64,000 nucleotides of DNA, taken from NCBI RefSeq assembly GCF_964355755.1, contig NC_092673.1:18907648-18971647 (forward strand), given 5' to 3'. This DNA comes from Antedon mediterranea. Its lineage: Eukaryota > Animalia > Echinodermata. Position numbers and translations under genes: made by a program. Positions within the stretch are counted from its first letter, which is position 1, and each line of letters begins with the position of its first letter. Under the pieces are notes generated by a model that saw only the letters and a list, made by a program, of their open reading frames with translations, searched no databases and was not told where the DNA came from. This document shows positions 1-14,915 of this stretch, in pieces.

Positions 1-3000
1 TATTGATAATCTATACATTGTTACAACATGCTGCTATTAGCTGTGATATCTTCATTCCTCTTACCAGTAGTAGTACTATCAGAATCATTATTGATAATCT
101 ATACATTGTTACAACATGCTGCTATTAGCTGTGATATCTTCATTCCTCTTACCAGTAGTAGTACTATCAGAATCATTATTGATAATCTATACATTGTTAC
201 AACATGCTGCTATTAGCTGTGATATCTTCATTCCTCTTACCAGTAGTAGTACTATCAGAATCATTATTGATAATCTATACATTGTTACAACATGCTGTTA
301 TTAGCTGTGATATCTTCATTCCTCTTACCAGTAGTAGTACTATCAGAATCATTATTGATAATCTATACATTGTTACAACATGCTGCTATTGGCTGTGATA
401 TCTTCATTCCTCTACCAGTAGTAGTACTATCAGAATCATTATTGATAATCTATACATTGTTACAACATGCTGCTATTAGCTGTGATATCTTGATTCCTCT
501 TACCAGTAGTAGTACTATCAGAATCATTATTGATAATCTATACATTGTTACAACATGCTGCTATTAGCTGTGATATCTTCATTCCTCTTACCAGTAGTAG
601 TACTATCAGAATCATTATTGATAATCTATACATTGTTACAACATGCTGCTATTAGCTGTGATATCTTCATTCCTCTTACCAGTAGTAGTACTATCAGAAT
701 CATTATTGATAATCTATACATTGTTACAACATGCTGTTATTAGCTGTGATATCTTCATTCCTCTTACCAGTAGTAGTACTATCAGAATCATTATTGATAA
801 TCTATACATTGTTACAACATGCTGTTATTAGCTGTGATATCTTCATTCCTCTTACCAGTAGTAGTACTATCAGAATCATTATTGATAATCTATACATTGT
901 TACAACATGCTGTTATTAGCTGTGATATCTTGATTCCTCTTACCAGTAGTAGTACTATCAGAATCATTATTGATAATCTATACATTGTTACAACATGCTG
1001 CTATTTAGCTGTGATATCTTCATTCCTCTTACCAGTAGTAGTACTATCAGAATCATTATTGATAATCTATACATTGTTACAACATGCTGCTATTTAGCTG
1101 TGATATCTTCATTCCTCTTACCAGTAGTAGTACTATCAGAATCATTATTGATAATCTATACATTGTTACAACATGCTGCTATTTAGCTGTGATATCTTCA
1201 TTCCTCTTACCAGTAGTAGTACTATCAGAATCATTATTGATAATCTATACATTGTTACAACATGCTGCTATTTAGCTGTGATATCTTCATTCCTCTTACC
1301 AGTAGTAGTACTATCAGAATCATTATTGATAATCTATACATTGTTACAACATGCTGCTATTAGCTGTGATATCTTCATTCCTCTTACCAGTAGTAGTACT
1401 ATCAGAATCATTATTGATAATCTATACATTGTTACAACATGCTGTTATTAGCTGTGATATCTTAATTCCTCTTACCAGTAGTAGTACTATCAGAATCATT
1501 ATTGATAATCTATACATTGTTACAACATGCTGCTATTAGCTGTGATATCTTCATTCCTCCTACCAGTAGTAGTACTATCAGAATCATTATTGATAATCTA
1601 TACATTGTTACAACATGCTGTTATTAGCTGTGATATCTTCATTCCTCTTACCAGTAGTAGTACTATCAGAATCATTATTGATAATCTATACATTGTTACA
1701 ACATGCTGCTATTTAGCTGTGATATCTTCATTCCTCTTACCAGTAGTAGTACTATCAGAATCATTATTGATAATCTATACATTGTTACAACATGCTGCTA
1801 TTTAGCTGTGATATCTTCATTCCTCTTACCAGTAGTAGTACTATCAGAATCATTATTGATAATCTATACATTGTTACAACATGCTGCTATTTAGCTGTGA
1901 TATCTTCATTCCTCTTACCAGTAGTAGTACTATCAGAATCATTATTGATAATCTATACATTGTTACAACATGCTGCTATTAGCTGTGATATCTTCATTCC
2001 TCTTACCAGTAGTAGTACTATCAGAATCATTATTGATAATCTATACATTGTTACAACATGCTGTTATTAGCTGTGATATCTTAATTCCTCTTACCAGTAG
2101 TAGTACTATCAGAATCATTATTGATAATCTATACATTGTTACAACATGCTGCTATTAGCTGTGATATCTTCATTCCTCCTACCAGTAGTAGTACTATCAG
2201 AATCATTATTGATAATCTATACATTGTTACAACATGCTGTTATTAGCTGTGATATCTTCATTCCTCTTACCAGTAGTAGTACTATCAGAATCATTATTGA
2301 TAATCTATACATTGTTACAACATGCTGCTATTAGCTGTGATATCTTCATTCCTCTTACCAGTAGTAGTACTATCAGAATCATTATTGATAATCTATACAT
2401 TGTTACAACATGCTGCTATTAGCTGTGATATCTTCATTCCTCTTACCAGTAGTAGTACTATCAGAATCATTATTGATAATCTATACATTGTTACAACATG
2501 CTGCTATTAGCTGTGGTATCCTCATTCCTCTTATCAGTAGTAGTACTATCAGAATCATTATTGATAATCTATACATTGTTACAACATGCTGCTATTAGCT
2601 GTGATATCTTCATTCCTCTTACCAGTAGTAGTACTATCAGAATCATTATTGATAATCTATACATTGTTACAACATGCTGCTATTAGCTGTGATATCTTCA
2701 TTCCTCTTACTAGTAATAGTACTATCAGAATCATTATTGATAATCTATACATTGTTACAACATGCTGCTATTAGCTGTGATATCTTCATTCCTCTTACCA
2801 GTAATAGTACTATCAGAATCATTATTGATAATCTATACATTGTTACAACATGCTGCTATTAGCTGTGATATCTTCATTCCTCTTACCAGTAATAGTACTA
2901 TCAGAATCATTATTGATAATCTATACATTGTTACAACATGCTGCTATTAGCTGTGATATCTTCATTCCTCCTACCAGTAGTAGTACTATCAGAATCATTA

Positions 3001-6000
3001 TTGATAATCTATACATTGTTACAACATGCTGTTATTAGCTGTGATATCTTCATTCCTCTTACCAGTAGTAGTACTATCAGGATCATTATTGATAATCTAT
3101 ACATTGTTACAACATGCTGCTATTTAGCTGTGATATCTTCATTCCTCTTACCAGTAGTAGTACTATCAGAATCATTATTGATAATCTATACATTGTTACA
3201 ACATGCTGCTATTTAGCTGTGATATCTTCATTCCTCTTACCAGTAGTAGTACTATCAGAATCATTATTGATAATCTATACATTGTTACAACATGCTGCTA
3301 TTTAGCTGTGATATCTTCATTCCTCTTACCAGTAGTAGTACTATCAGAATAATTATTGATAATCTATACATTGTTACAACATGCTGCTATTAGCTGTGAT
3401 ATCTTCATTCCTCTTACCAGTAGTAGTATTATCAGAATCATTATTGATAATCTATACATTGTTACAACATGCTGTTATTAGCTGTGATATCTTAATTCCT
3501 CTTACCAGTAGTAGTACTATCATAATCATTATTGATAATCTATACATTGTTACAACATGCTGCTATTAGCTGTGATATCTTCATTCCTCCTACCAGTAGT
3601 AGTACTATCAGAATCATTATTGATAATCTATACATTGTTACAACATGCTGTTATTAGCTGTGATATCTTCATTCCTCTTACCAGTAGTAGTACTATCAGA
3701 ATCATTATTGATAATCTATACATTGTTACAACATGCTGCTATTAGCTGTGATATCTTCATTCCTCTTACCAGTAGTAGTACTATCAGAATCATTATTGAT
3801 AATCTATACATTGTTACAACATGCTGCTATTAGCTGTGATATCTTCATTCCTCTTACCAGTAGTAGTACTATCAGAATCATTATTGATAATCTATACATT
3901 GTTACAACATGCTGCTATTAGCTGTGGTATCCTCATTCCTCTTACCAGTAGTAGTACTATCAGAATCATTATTGATAATCTATACATTGTTACAACATGC
4001 TGCTATTAGCTGTGATATCTTCATTCCTCTTACCAGTAGTAGTACTATCAGAATCATTATTGATAATCTATACATTGTTACAACATGCTGCTATTAGCTG
4101 TGATATCTTCATTCCTCTTACCAGTAGTAGTACTATCAGAATCATTATTGATAATCTATACATTGTTACAACATGCTGCTATTAGCTGTGGTATCCTCAT
4201 TCCTCTTATCAGTAGTAGTACTATCAGAATCATTATTGATAATCTATACATTGTTACAACATGCTGCTATTAGCTGTGATATCTTCATTCCTCTTACCAG
4301 TAGTAGTACTATCAGAATCATTATTGATAATCTATACATTGTTACAACATGCTGCTATTAGCTGTGATATCTTCATTCCTCTTACTAGTAATAGTACTAT
4401 CAGAATCATTATTGATAATCTATACATTGTTACAACATGCTGCTATTAGCTGTGATATCTTCATTCCTCTTACCAGTAATAGTACTATCAGAATCATTAT
4501 TGATAATCTATACATTGTTACAACATGCTGCTATTAGCTGTGATATCTTCATTCCTCTTACCAGTAATAGTACTATCAGAATCATTATTGATAATCTATA
4601 CATTGTTACAACATGCTGCTATTAGCTGTGATATCTTCATTCCTCTTACCAGTAATAGTACTATCAGAATCATTATTGATAATCTATACATTGTTACAAC
4701 ATGCTGCTATTAGCTGTGATATCTTCATTCCTCTTACCAGTAATAGTACTATCAGAATCATTATTGATAATCTATACATTGTTACAACATGCTGCTATTA
4801 GCTGTGATATCTTCATTCCTCTTACCAGTAGTAGTACTATCAGAATCATTATTGATAATCTATACATTGTTACAACATGATGCTATTAGCTGTGATATCT
4901 TCATTCCTCTTACCAGTAGTAGTACTATCAGAATCATTATTGATAATCTATACATTGTTACAACATGCTGCTATTAGCTGTGATATCTTCATTCCTCTTA
5001 CCAGTAGTAGTACTATCAGAATCATTATTGATAATCTATACATTGTTACAACATGCTGCTATTAGCTGTGGTATCTTCATTCCTCTTATCAGTAGTAGTA
5101 CTATCAGAATCATTATTGATAATCTATACATTGTTACAACATGCTGCTATTAGCTGTGGTATCTTCATTCCTCTTATCAGTAGTAGTACTATCAGAATCA
5201 TTATTGATAATCTATACATCGTTACAACATGCTGCTATTTAGCTGTGATATCTTCACTCCTCTTAGTAGTAGTAGTACTATCAGAATCATTATTGATAAT
5301 CTATACATTGTTATAACATGCTGCTATTAGCTGTGATATCTTCATTCCTCTTACCAGTAATAGTACTATCAGAATCATTATTGATAATCTATACATTGTT
5401 ACAACATGCTGCTATTAGCTGTGGTATCCTCATTCCTCTTATCAGTAGTAGTACTATCAGAATCATTATTGATAATCTATACATTGTTACAACATGCTGC
5501 TATTAGCTGTGATATCTTCATTCCTCTTACCAGTAGTAGTACTATCAGAATCATTATTGATAATCTATACATTGTTACAACATGCTGCTATTAGCTGTGA
5601 TATCTTCATTCCTCTTACTAGTAATAGTACTATCAGAATCATTATTGATAATCTATACATTGTTACAACATGCTGCTATTAGCTGTGATATCTTCATTCC
5701 TCTTACCAGTAATAGTACTATCAGAATCATTATTGATAATCTATACATTGTTACAACATGCTGCTATTAGCTGTGATATCTTCATTCCTCTTACCAGTAA
5801 TAGTACTATCAGAATCATTATTGATAATCTATACATTGTTACAACATGCTGCTATTAGCTGTGATATCTTCATTCCTCTTACCAGTAATAGTACTATCAG
5901 AATCATTATTGATAATCTATACATTGTTACAACATGCTGCTATTAGCTGTGATATCTTCATTCCTCTTACCAGTAATAGTACTATCAGAATCATTATTGA

Positions 6001-8881
6001 TAATCTATACATTGTTACAACATGCTGCTATTAGCTGTGATATCTTCATTCCTCTTACCAGTAGTAGTACTATCAGAATCATTATTGATAATCTATACAT
6101 TGTTACAACATGATGCTATTAGCTGTGATATCTTCATTCCTCTTACCAGTAGTAGTACTATCAGAATCATTATTGATAATCTATACATTGTTACAACATG
6201 CTGCTATTAGCTGTGATATCTTCATTCCTCTTACCAGTAGTAGTACTATCAGAATCATTATTGATAATCTATACATTGTTACAACATGCTGCTATTAGCT
6301 GTGGTATCTTCATTCCTCTTATCAGTAGTAGTACTATCAGAATCATTATTGATAATCTATACATTGTTACAACATGCTGCTATTAGCTGTGGTATCTTCA
6401 TTCCTCTTATCAGTAGTAGTACTATCAGAATCATTATTGATAATCTATACATCGTTACAACATGCTGCTATTTAGCTGTGATATCTTCACTCCTCTTAGT
6501 AGTAGTAGTACTATCAGAATCATTATTGATAATCTATACATTGTTATAACATGCTGCTATTAGCTGTGATATCTTCATTCCTCTTACCAGTAATAGTACT
6601 ATCAGAATCATTATTGATAATCTATACATTGTTACAACATGCTGCTATTAGCTGTGATATCTTTATTCCTCTTACCAGTAGTAGTACTATCAGAATCATT
6701 ATTGATAATCTATACATTGTTACAACATGCTGCTATTAGCTGTGATATCTTCATTCCTCTTACCAGTAGTAGTACTATCAGAATCATTATTGATAATCTA
6801 TACATTGTTACAACATGCTGTTATTAGCTGTGATATCTTAATTCCTCTTACCAGTAGTAGTACTATCAGAATCATTATTGATAATCTATACATTGTTACA
6901 ACATGCTGTTATTAGCTGTGATATATTCATTCCTCTTACCAGTAGTAGTACTATCAGAATCATTATTGATAATCTATACATTGTTACAACATGCTGCTAT
7001 TAGCTGTGATATCTTCATTCCTCTTACCAGTAGTAGTACTATCAGAATCATTATTGATAATCTATACATTATTACAACATGCTGCTATTAGCTGTGATAT
7101 CTTCATTCCTCTTACCAGTAGTAGTACTATCAGAATCATTATTGATAATCTATACATTGTTACAACATGCTGCTATTAGCTGTGGTATCTTCATTCCTCT
7201 TATCAGTAGTAGTACTATCAGAATCATTATTGATAATCTATACATTGTTACAACATGCTGCTATTAGCTGTGATATCTTCATTCCTCTTACCAGTAATAG
7301 TACTATCAGAATCATTATTGATAATCTATACATTGTTACAACATGCTGCTATTAGCTGTGATATCTTCATTCCTCTTACCAGTAATAGTACTATCAGAAT
7401 CATTATTGATAATCTATACATTGTTACAACATGCTGCTATTAGCTGTGATATCTTCATTCCTCTTACCAGTAATAGTACTATCAGAATCATTATTGATAA
7501 TCTATACATTGTTACAACATGCTGCTATTAGCTGTGATATCTTCATTCCTCTTACCAGTAATAGTACTATCAGAATCATTATTGATAATCTATACATTGT
7601 TACAACATGCTGCTATTAGCTGTGATATCTTCATTCCTCTTACCAGTAATAGTACTATCAGAATCATTATTGATAATCTATACATTGTTACAACATGCTG
7701 CTATTAGCTGTGATATCTTCATTCCTCTTACCAGTAGTAGTACTATCAGAATCATTATTGATAATCTATACATTGTTACAACATGCTGCTATTAGCTGTG
7801 ATATCTTCATTCCTCTTATCAGTAGTAGTACTATCATAATCATTATTGATAATCTATACATTGTTAAAACATGCTGCTATTAGCTGTGATATCTTCATTC
7901 CTCTTACCAGTAGTAGTACTATCAGAATCATTATTGATAATCTATACATTGTTACAACATGCTGCTATTAGCTGTGATATCTTCATTCCTCTTACCAGTA
8001 GTAGTACTATCAGAATCATTATTGATAATCTATACATTGTTACAACATGCTGCTATTAGCTGTGGTATCTTCATTCCTCTTATCAGTAGTAGTACTATCA
8101 GAATCATTATTGATAATCTATACATTGTTACAACATGCTGCTATTAGCTGTGGTATTTTCATTCCTCTTATCAGTAGTAATACTATCAGAATCATTATTG
8201 ATAATCTATACATTGTTACAACATGCTGCTATTAGCTGTGGTATCTTCATTCCTCTTATCAATAAGTAGTACTATCAGAATCATTATTGATAATCTATAC
8301 ATCGTTACAACATGCTGCTATTTAGCTGTGATATCTTCACTCCTCTTAGTAGTAATAGTACTATCAGAATCATTATTGATAATCTATACATTGTTATAAC
8401 ATGCTGCTATTAGCTGTGATATCTTCATTCCTCTTACCAGTAATAGTACTATCAGAATCATTATTGATAATCTATACATTGTTACAACATGCTGCTATTA
8501 GCTGTGATATCTTCATTCCTCTTACCAGTAGTAGTACTATCAGAATCATTATTGATAATCTATACATTGTTATAACATGCTGCTATTAGCTGTGATATCT
8601 TCATTCCTCTTACCAGTAATAGTACTATCAGAATCATTATTGATAATCTATACATTGTTACAACATGCTGCTATTAGCTGTGATATCTTCATTCCTCTTA
8701 CCAGTAGTAGTACTATCAGAATCATTATTTATAATCTATACATTGTTACAACATGCTGCTATTAGCTGTGATATCTTCATTCCTCTTACCAGTAGTAGTA
8801 CTATCAGAATCATTATTGATAATCTATACATTGTTACAACATGCTGCTATTAGGTGTGATATCTTCATTCCTCTTACCAGT
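1..8881. repeat. 88-bp tandem satellite array, about 100 copies, open at the window start; probably intronic in the upstream paralog
   Basis: Monomer TATTGATAATCTATACATTGTTACAACATGCTGCTATTAGCTGTGATATCTTCATTCCTCTTACCAGTAGTAGTACTATCAGAATCAT repeated head-to-tail, with occasional 87/89-bp variants; ORF starts recur every 88 bp. Confidence 0.99.
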
Positions 8882-9219
8882 AAAATCATTATTTATAATC
8901 TCTACTTAATTAAACACAATTTATGTTAGTGGCGGTTTTAATAAAATAAAAAATAAAATGATGAAGGAAATAACAGAATGTCACAAAACACTTCAATAGT
9001 TTATAAAGTACCTTGTTGCTTTTATGATAACAATTGAACATGAATAATGTGCCACTGTCATACAGTAGAACTATAACTCTAACTGTGTGTAGATTCTGGT
9101 GTCTAAATCATAAATTAGCCAAGTCTTATAATTTTCGTAAGATGGATGTTATACGTTGCAAAATGCTTTTTGGCGGTAAGAGTAATATTTTACCAACAAA
9201 CTATTTTTTTTTGTTTTAG

Positions 9220-11686
9220 CTGAGCATACAAAAACAAAAGGAAGAGAAAGAATTCAAGGTAATTGGCTTAAGATATATTAAACATAACATTTTTAATATG
9301 TAAGTTTTTAACATTTTCGTCGTCGTCAAAGCAAACTCTGATCAAAGCGTGGCTTCTCTAACAGTATTCTGAAACCATCGCCTGTCTTCTGTCATAGAGC
9401 CAAACACATCTGTTATAGTCTTCTTCCATTTGCATCTTCCTCTTCTTCTCTTCCCTGGAATATAAGCCTCCAACACTCTCACTCCGCTTAATGTGACCTA
9501 AATAGCACAATTTCTGCTTTTAACATACTGCAGTAACCAATCATTTGATACACCAAGCTCCTTTCTTATGCTATCATTTGTGCGGTGTTGTTGTCAACCT
9601 CCTCCAATGAGGATCCACTTATTTCTATTAATTTAAAAAGTTACTAGTATTAATTAAACTGTGTTACATGAGCTCAATGTTTGCTGACTTTATTATTTTG
9701 GAAACAAGATAGGGTATAGTGTTTGACTATAGATAGATAGATAGATAGATAGATAGTATTCTTAGCAATGGTATACTAAATTAGAGCAAGACAGGTAAAA
9801 GATGTATGACAAGTAATTTATAAAACATGAAATGTAACAAGAATACGATGCAGTATATGTAATACAGTATAACAAAAACAACCTCAATGTTAGTATTTGA
9901 CACACCTACCCTACACCTAACCAATATCACCTTAAAGTTCATTAATTTGAATTTGGTGTGGCTGGTGAAAACGTTTTGGAGAAATTTGCAATGTTGGTTT
10001 GTTGGCTGGCAAAATGGGTTATTTTAAAAAAAATCTTCTAGCCTCAAAATACCGTGACCGTGTTTTTATTGAAAATGAATACATTGTTTAGATATTTTTG
10101 ATGTAAACATACTTGTTTATTAAAGTAATTAATTTCTGACTTATTTAAGTGTGGTTGATTTTTTAAAAAAGTCATAGTAACTTGTATATAAAATATTAAA
10201 CTTTATTGCAGAAAGAAATTTGTTGAAAGACAAGTTCAATGTGTTAAACTATGATCTCGGTGAAGTCTTTAGGAAGAAGAAGAAAAGATACCTTTTGTTG
10301 AGATGTTGTCTCTTTGAGCACATTGATTTACAGGTTCTTGGCAATACAAATTGTATTGCAAAAGATTTATTTGATGAACTTGATGATAAAGAATATGCTA
10401 CACCTACTGATGTCAGTCTTCTGCTAGAGGTTGCAGAATTATCAGAAATTAGTGAGGCTAAAGATGTTGTAAAACAGTATATGGAGGACAACAATGTTCA
10501 AAATACTGATCAACAACAATTGACCCCACATAGGAAAAGGTTGTGCAGGGCATTGACACAGTTTGACCCAAATGAGTTACATAGGGTTAATGCTTTTTAT
10601 AAGTTGGAATTGCCAACCATTTGGGACATATTATTTGAGCTAGAAAGCAAAGACCAATTACAAGATGAATCAGAAAGAAAGATGTTTGCTAAGCTTCTTG
10701 GACCAAAGCCACAGAAAATACTATGTATGTATTTGTATATAATGTTTCAAAAGCCACGTTAGTTCTTACATGCACAGTATTCTTAAATACACAATTAAAA
10801 TACTAATACCTTAACTTGCATCATCACACTCACACACAGCATTGGAATGTAATATCAGGGAAGAGGTATTATTTATCAATTATAACATGCTTGACAATTT
10901 GCTTTGTGTAATATAAAACGTCTTGTAGTATTATATTATATTTATATTTAAAGTTCTTATATGTGCTCCAAATTCTAAGTCTAGCATTTAACAAATTAAC
11001 AACCAAAATTAAGTGCTGTTTTTATATTCATTTGTATTTTAATTTATCTCAATGACAAATATTTTAATATATACTATATTAATAATATAAATCCAAAGGC
11101 AAATTACTGAAAAAATGACAATGCTGTGGGTATCAGTGGCTGGATCTCAATGGAGATACAAAAATAAAAAGCGAAAAGCTAAATCAAAACGATAAAGTAA
11201 ACAGCCAGAAAAGTTAGCAGAGCTTTCGGGCAACACTAGCCCTTCATCAGTGCAAGTGAAGGAATATATTAATAATATATTTACATTTCAGTAATTTAAT
11301 CAAACTCAAATAAAAATATAAAACTAGAAATTAAATTGCTATAACTCTTATCACCATGTGGTTTAAATCTGTTCAAATGGCATTCATACATAATCATCTA
11401 ATAGCAATAAATCTGAATTATGTTGAGAAATATGATACATTATTTGCTTGAGTGTCTGTGCATCTAACCCTGTAAAAATATTTCATAGAAAAAAATATTA
11501 TCATTATCTAGTTACATTATTCTCTTAATGCCCACTGCATAGAACCATGCCTTTAAAAAGAAGTGCAGTAGATGGATTCATGTCTAGGCTGCATGCTTCT
11601 TATTTTGTCACTATAGGATTACCAAACAATCAATAAAAATGTCAATTGCTACTCACCTGTGTTTTTGTTTGTATTTAGATGAATGA
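9220..11686 (+). CDS. 3' end of upstream paralog: basic linker exon 9220-9258, tandem-DED-like exon 10212-10724, terminal exon 11679-11686 (Y-E-stop)
   Basis: All exons have ag/gt boundaries and join in phase 1. The 10212 exon (ORF 10220) aligns along its length with the 62406 exon, e.g. DLFDELDDKEYATPTDVSLLLEV vs DLLNALDDKGVISPTNVSILLEI. The donor TCAAG/GTAATTG matches the one at 62259. Confidence 0.75.
9317..9590 (-). mobile_element. Degenerate 3' fragment of an RTE-clade LINE
   Basis: Minus strand reads, across a frameshift, KQKLCYLGHIKR...LEAYIPGKRRRGRCKW, matching the RTE C-terminal YFGHIxR...GKRxRGRP..W pattern; short (GAC)n tail. Confidence 0.6.
9728..9756. repeat. (ATAG)n microsatellite
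   Basis: About 7 direct ATAG units. Confidence 0.9.
11217..11253 (-). ncRNA. Minimal type-I hammerhead ribozyme motif of the Penelope-associated kind, inside a dispersed ~160-bp repeat (about 11100-11262)
   Basis: Minus strand GCA-CTGATGA-A-GGGC-TAGTGTT-GCCC-GAAA-GCTC-TGC: stem I GCA/TGC, CUGAUGA core, stem II GGGC/GCCC, GAAA, palindromic AGCT in place of stem III. Confidence 0.75.
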
Positions 11687-12462
11687 GAACAAATGCTGCC
11701 ATCCAAGTGAATACCAACTATACTAATGAGGTAATCAAGCTAGTACCTACCAGTTACCTACAGTAACTATTATATTTATCAACATCCTAACTAGCACTAG
11801 TTAAGTTCCAAGACTGGCATTTAAGTGAGATAATCAAGAGAATAGCAAAGCGAGATAATCTAGCAAGTACAACAAAGCTGTTGGTACAGTGTTCTTAAAG
11901 GCAGAAATAACGGATATTTGTTGATGTTTGTATATACACCCATTTCCCCTTGTTTTTAAGCTGAAAAACAGAAAAAGTTGCATTTTGTCTTGCCAAAGGA
12001 CTTGTCTCCTCCAGTGGGAAGGGGATTTAATGAATATTTATCACATCATTTTCATACTGTTTGTACATTTGGCAAAAAATTGAAACAAAGTTTTGGCCTA
12101 ATAATCGTGATGATAATAATGGATGCTAATAATCATGATCACAGGTTTTGTTTTGATAAATTTAAAATAAATTAATATTAGACGTATATTCCACTATGTA
12201 GAGATAAAATAATCCTGATAATCATAATATTGATAGATATCGAATGATTTTTAAACAATGATGCTAATAATAAGGTTGAAAGTTAATACTTATTAGCACA
12301 ATTTTTTCCATAGGGTTTCACATATAAAGGCTTTGAATTATGGGAAATAAAAGCAAAGTGAAGGCAAATTTATCAACAAAAGAAATTCTCTCTAAAGCTC
12401 TGTCTATGTGATGTGCCCAAATTAAGTAATGATATGCCCAAATATGGTAGTGATATTCTCAT

Positions 12463-12757
12463 ATATGGGCACATCACATTTTTGTATGATATATAATAAT
12501 AGTAATAATTCCAATATTGTCACAAGATTTAAGCTTGGCTTGTTAGTGGTTGCTCTTTTCTTATCCATTTTATATTTGTATGTTTATATATGGTAGTGAT
12601 ATTCCCAAATATGGTGTTGATATGACATCATCGTGTCCATATTATGGGCACATCAAATTTTTTAATGATATATAATAATAGTAATAATTCCAATACTGTC
12701 ACAAGATTTAAGCTTGCTGGTTGATTTTTTCTTATCCATTTTATATTTGTATGTTTT
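12463..12757. repeat. Local direct duplication, offset about 180 bp
   Basis: TATGGGCACATCA...GATATATAATAATAGTAATAATTCCAATA..GTCACAAGATTTAAGCTTG...TTATCCATTTTATATTTGTATGTTT occurs twice. Confidence 0.8.
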
Positions 12758-14915
12758 TAAAAAATTCAGCTATATATGTATGTATCTTTTTGAAAGCCCT
12801 GGCAATTATTTTATGCAAAATTCTTTTTATTCAAACAACTTTAAAATTTGACTTCTTGATTCTTTGAATAATTTATTGTTATGATATTTTAGTGGGCAGG
12901 AATTTCCCAAGAAAAAAGTGTTGCAGTCAAGTTTTGAAAACAACAAAAATGGGAATGAAAAAGACACTGAGAAGTACTCATAAGTAAAATATGTTAAAAT
13001 TAAACCTAATCATAGAAGAAGTAATTTTATTAAAATAACAAAAATTACTTAATAGTAATTTTATTAAAATAACGATACTGGAATATTTACAAGCAGCAAT
13101 ACAAGCAATCATTGTGATTTGTTTATTTTAATTATTTTCATTTTACATAAAGCATAGAGATATTATAGTGAACTACTACAGGTAGTAAAAATAATATCTA
13201 TACATAAAGTGATAAAGCTGTGAGTTTTTCTTGTCAGAGAATAAAAAAGATTCTCTGCTATTTTGTATACATTTGTACATTACAGTGATCCAATATTACA
13301 TAAAATGTGAATAAGATGATTTATTTCTGTATAAAGAAAATTGTAACAATAAATAATTTATATTTTGATTCAATATTTTTCATTCATTGTGTTTTGTGTG
13401 TATAGCAATATAAAGGATTATTTGTGTGTGTTACATTGTCTGCTACATTGATTTTGTAACTGTAAAATACAGTCAACTCTCCCAACCCAAAACATTCATG
13501 AAAACTCTTAACAAGACCATTTTAAAGACCAGAATTTCTTTCTTGCTTTTATAAAATGTTTTAAAGAGATCATAGGCCTACTTTTTAGCTTGGATCAAGT
13601 GTTTCTGGCTTCTTAATGGGAGTTGGCTCTATACTTTAATTAATATAATAGGTGTTACGTTACCAGTTTTCTAGAGAATAAAAATGTCTTTTTCTCTTAT
13701 TTTGCAATTAAAAATGTTCAGCCTTGAAGCTGCTTTTTGTTTCATCTACCCATAATACAAATATAAAACAAATCAATGCAAAAATATAAAAAATACACAG
13801 AGGTAAAATACACTTGAATCTTACTGGAGTCTTGTCTTGTAATCAAATTAATTTATGTTTATATGTATATTGGAAAACCAAACAGGACAAGATAGAAGCA
13901 CAAAATCAAATGTAAAATTGGAAATTATTCTTTATAAAGAAAAGATTATTTTGGAAGAGGTGATGTATTATTATTATCATTACTGTTGAATAAGAAATGT
14001 AGGCCTATTACAATGAAATTGTCACATTGGTGAAATGGATAACAATATTATTATATTGCTATACATTTTAGAGCAATATAATATTTGTATCGATTTTACC
14101 ATGGAGAAATAGTCTTATTAACCTGGAGTTTCCCTTTGATTAGGTTTTTGATGTTACTGTGACTGTGGCCAATGCTCTTCGATTTTGACATCGACCTAAA
14201 ATTCTATAGGTCCATGATATAATAGTCAATAGATTGACTATGATGATATTTAGAGATAAACATTGATTGCGCCCTCAATAAAGTTTAATTTCAACAAAAC
14301 AACATCATAACAAACACGTGTGAGTGTGCTGAAAAAAAAGTAAGTATTTTTCATTAATATTACTTTATTTATTAACTTAACAACGATATTATACGAAATT
14401 GTATTCTTTGATCAGCTTGGTTAAACCTATCTAGGCCTAGTAGTAGTAGGTAATTAGGCCTGGGCCTAGGCTAGCCGGCGCTAGTTCCGTTTCGCACCTG
14501 TCGTTTATTTCGACTCAAAATTGTCGTGAGTACCACACCTTAGAATTAAGTCTCAAAAATACTTTTACGAAGGAGATCACACAAAAAGTAAAAAATGAAT
14601 CCTTTAAATTGATGAATTTACAGACGTGTTTCTCGCACATCGGTTCGTGAATTTCGCATACTCCATCATGTTCAATGTTGTTGTTTCTATGGAGCGCCAA
14701 AAGAGCAGTCATAATAGAGGGCTAAAAACTCAGTAAATTGTGTATATTTAATGCATTTATTGGTGAAAATTACGTTCAATTTTATCATATTTTGTCAATG
14801 TCAATGCAACAAAAATATTACTGTTAATACTGTACATGGTTTTTGCAGGAGCTTTTAGGAATGAAAATCGACAAATTCATCATCATATTACATGTACTGT
14901 AGGGGTATACCTTAA

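Noticed and set aside
28-8853. Many 62-93 aa hydrophobic ORFs (MLLLAVISSFLLPVVVLSESLL...), also at 53889-61137
   Set aside because: They are translations of an 88-bp satellite; the unit is not a multiple of three and indels shift frames freely
1-8881. CRISPR-like appearance of the regular arrays
   Set aside because: No unique spacers, no cas genes, and the context is eukaryotic
10220-10762. Stand-alone 180-aa ORF, and likewise the 188-aa ORF at 62414-62980
   Set aside because: Both are bounded by splice sites and fit better as internal exons; the first starts at TTG. A DED-only isoform from ATG 62414 cannot be excluded
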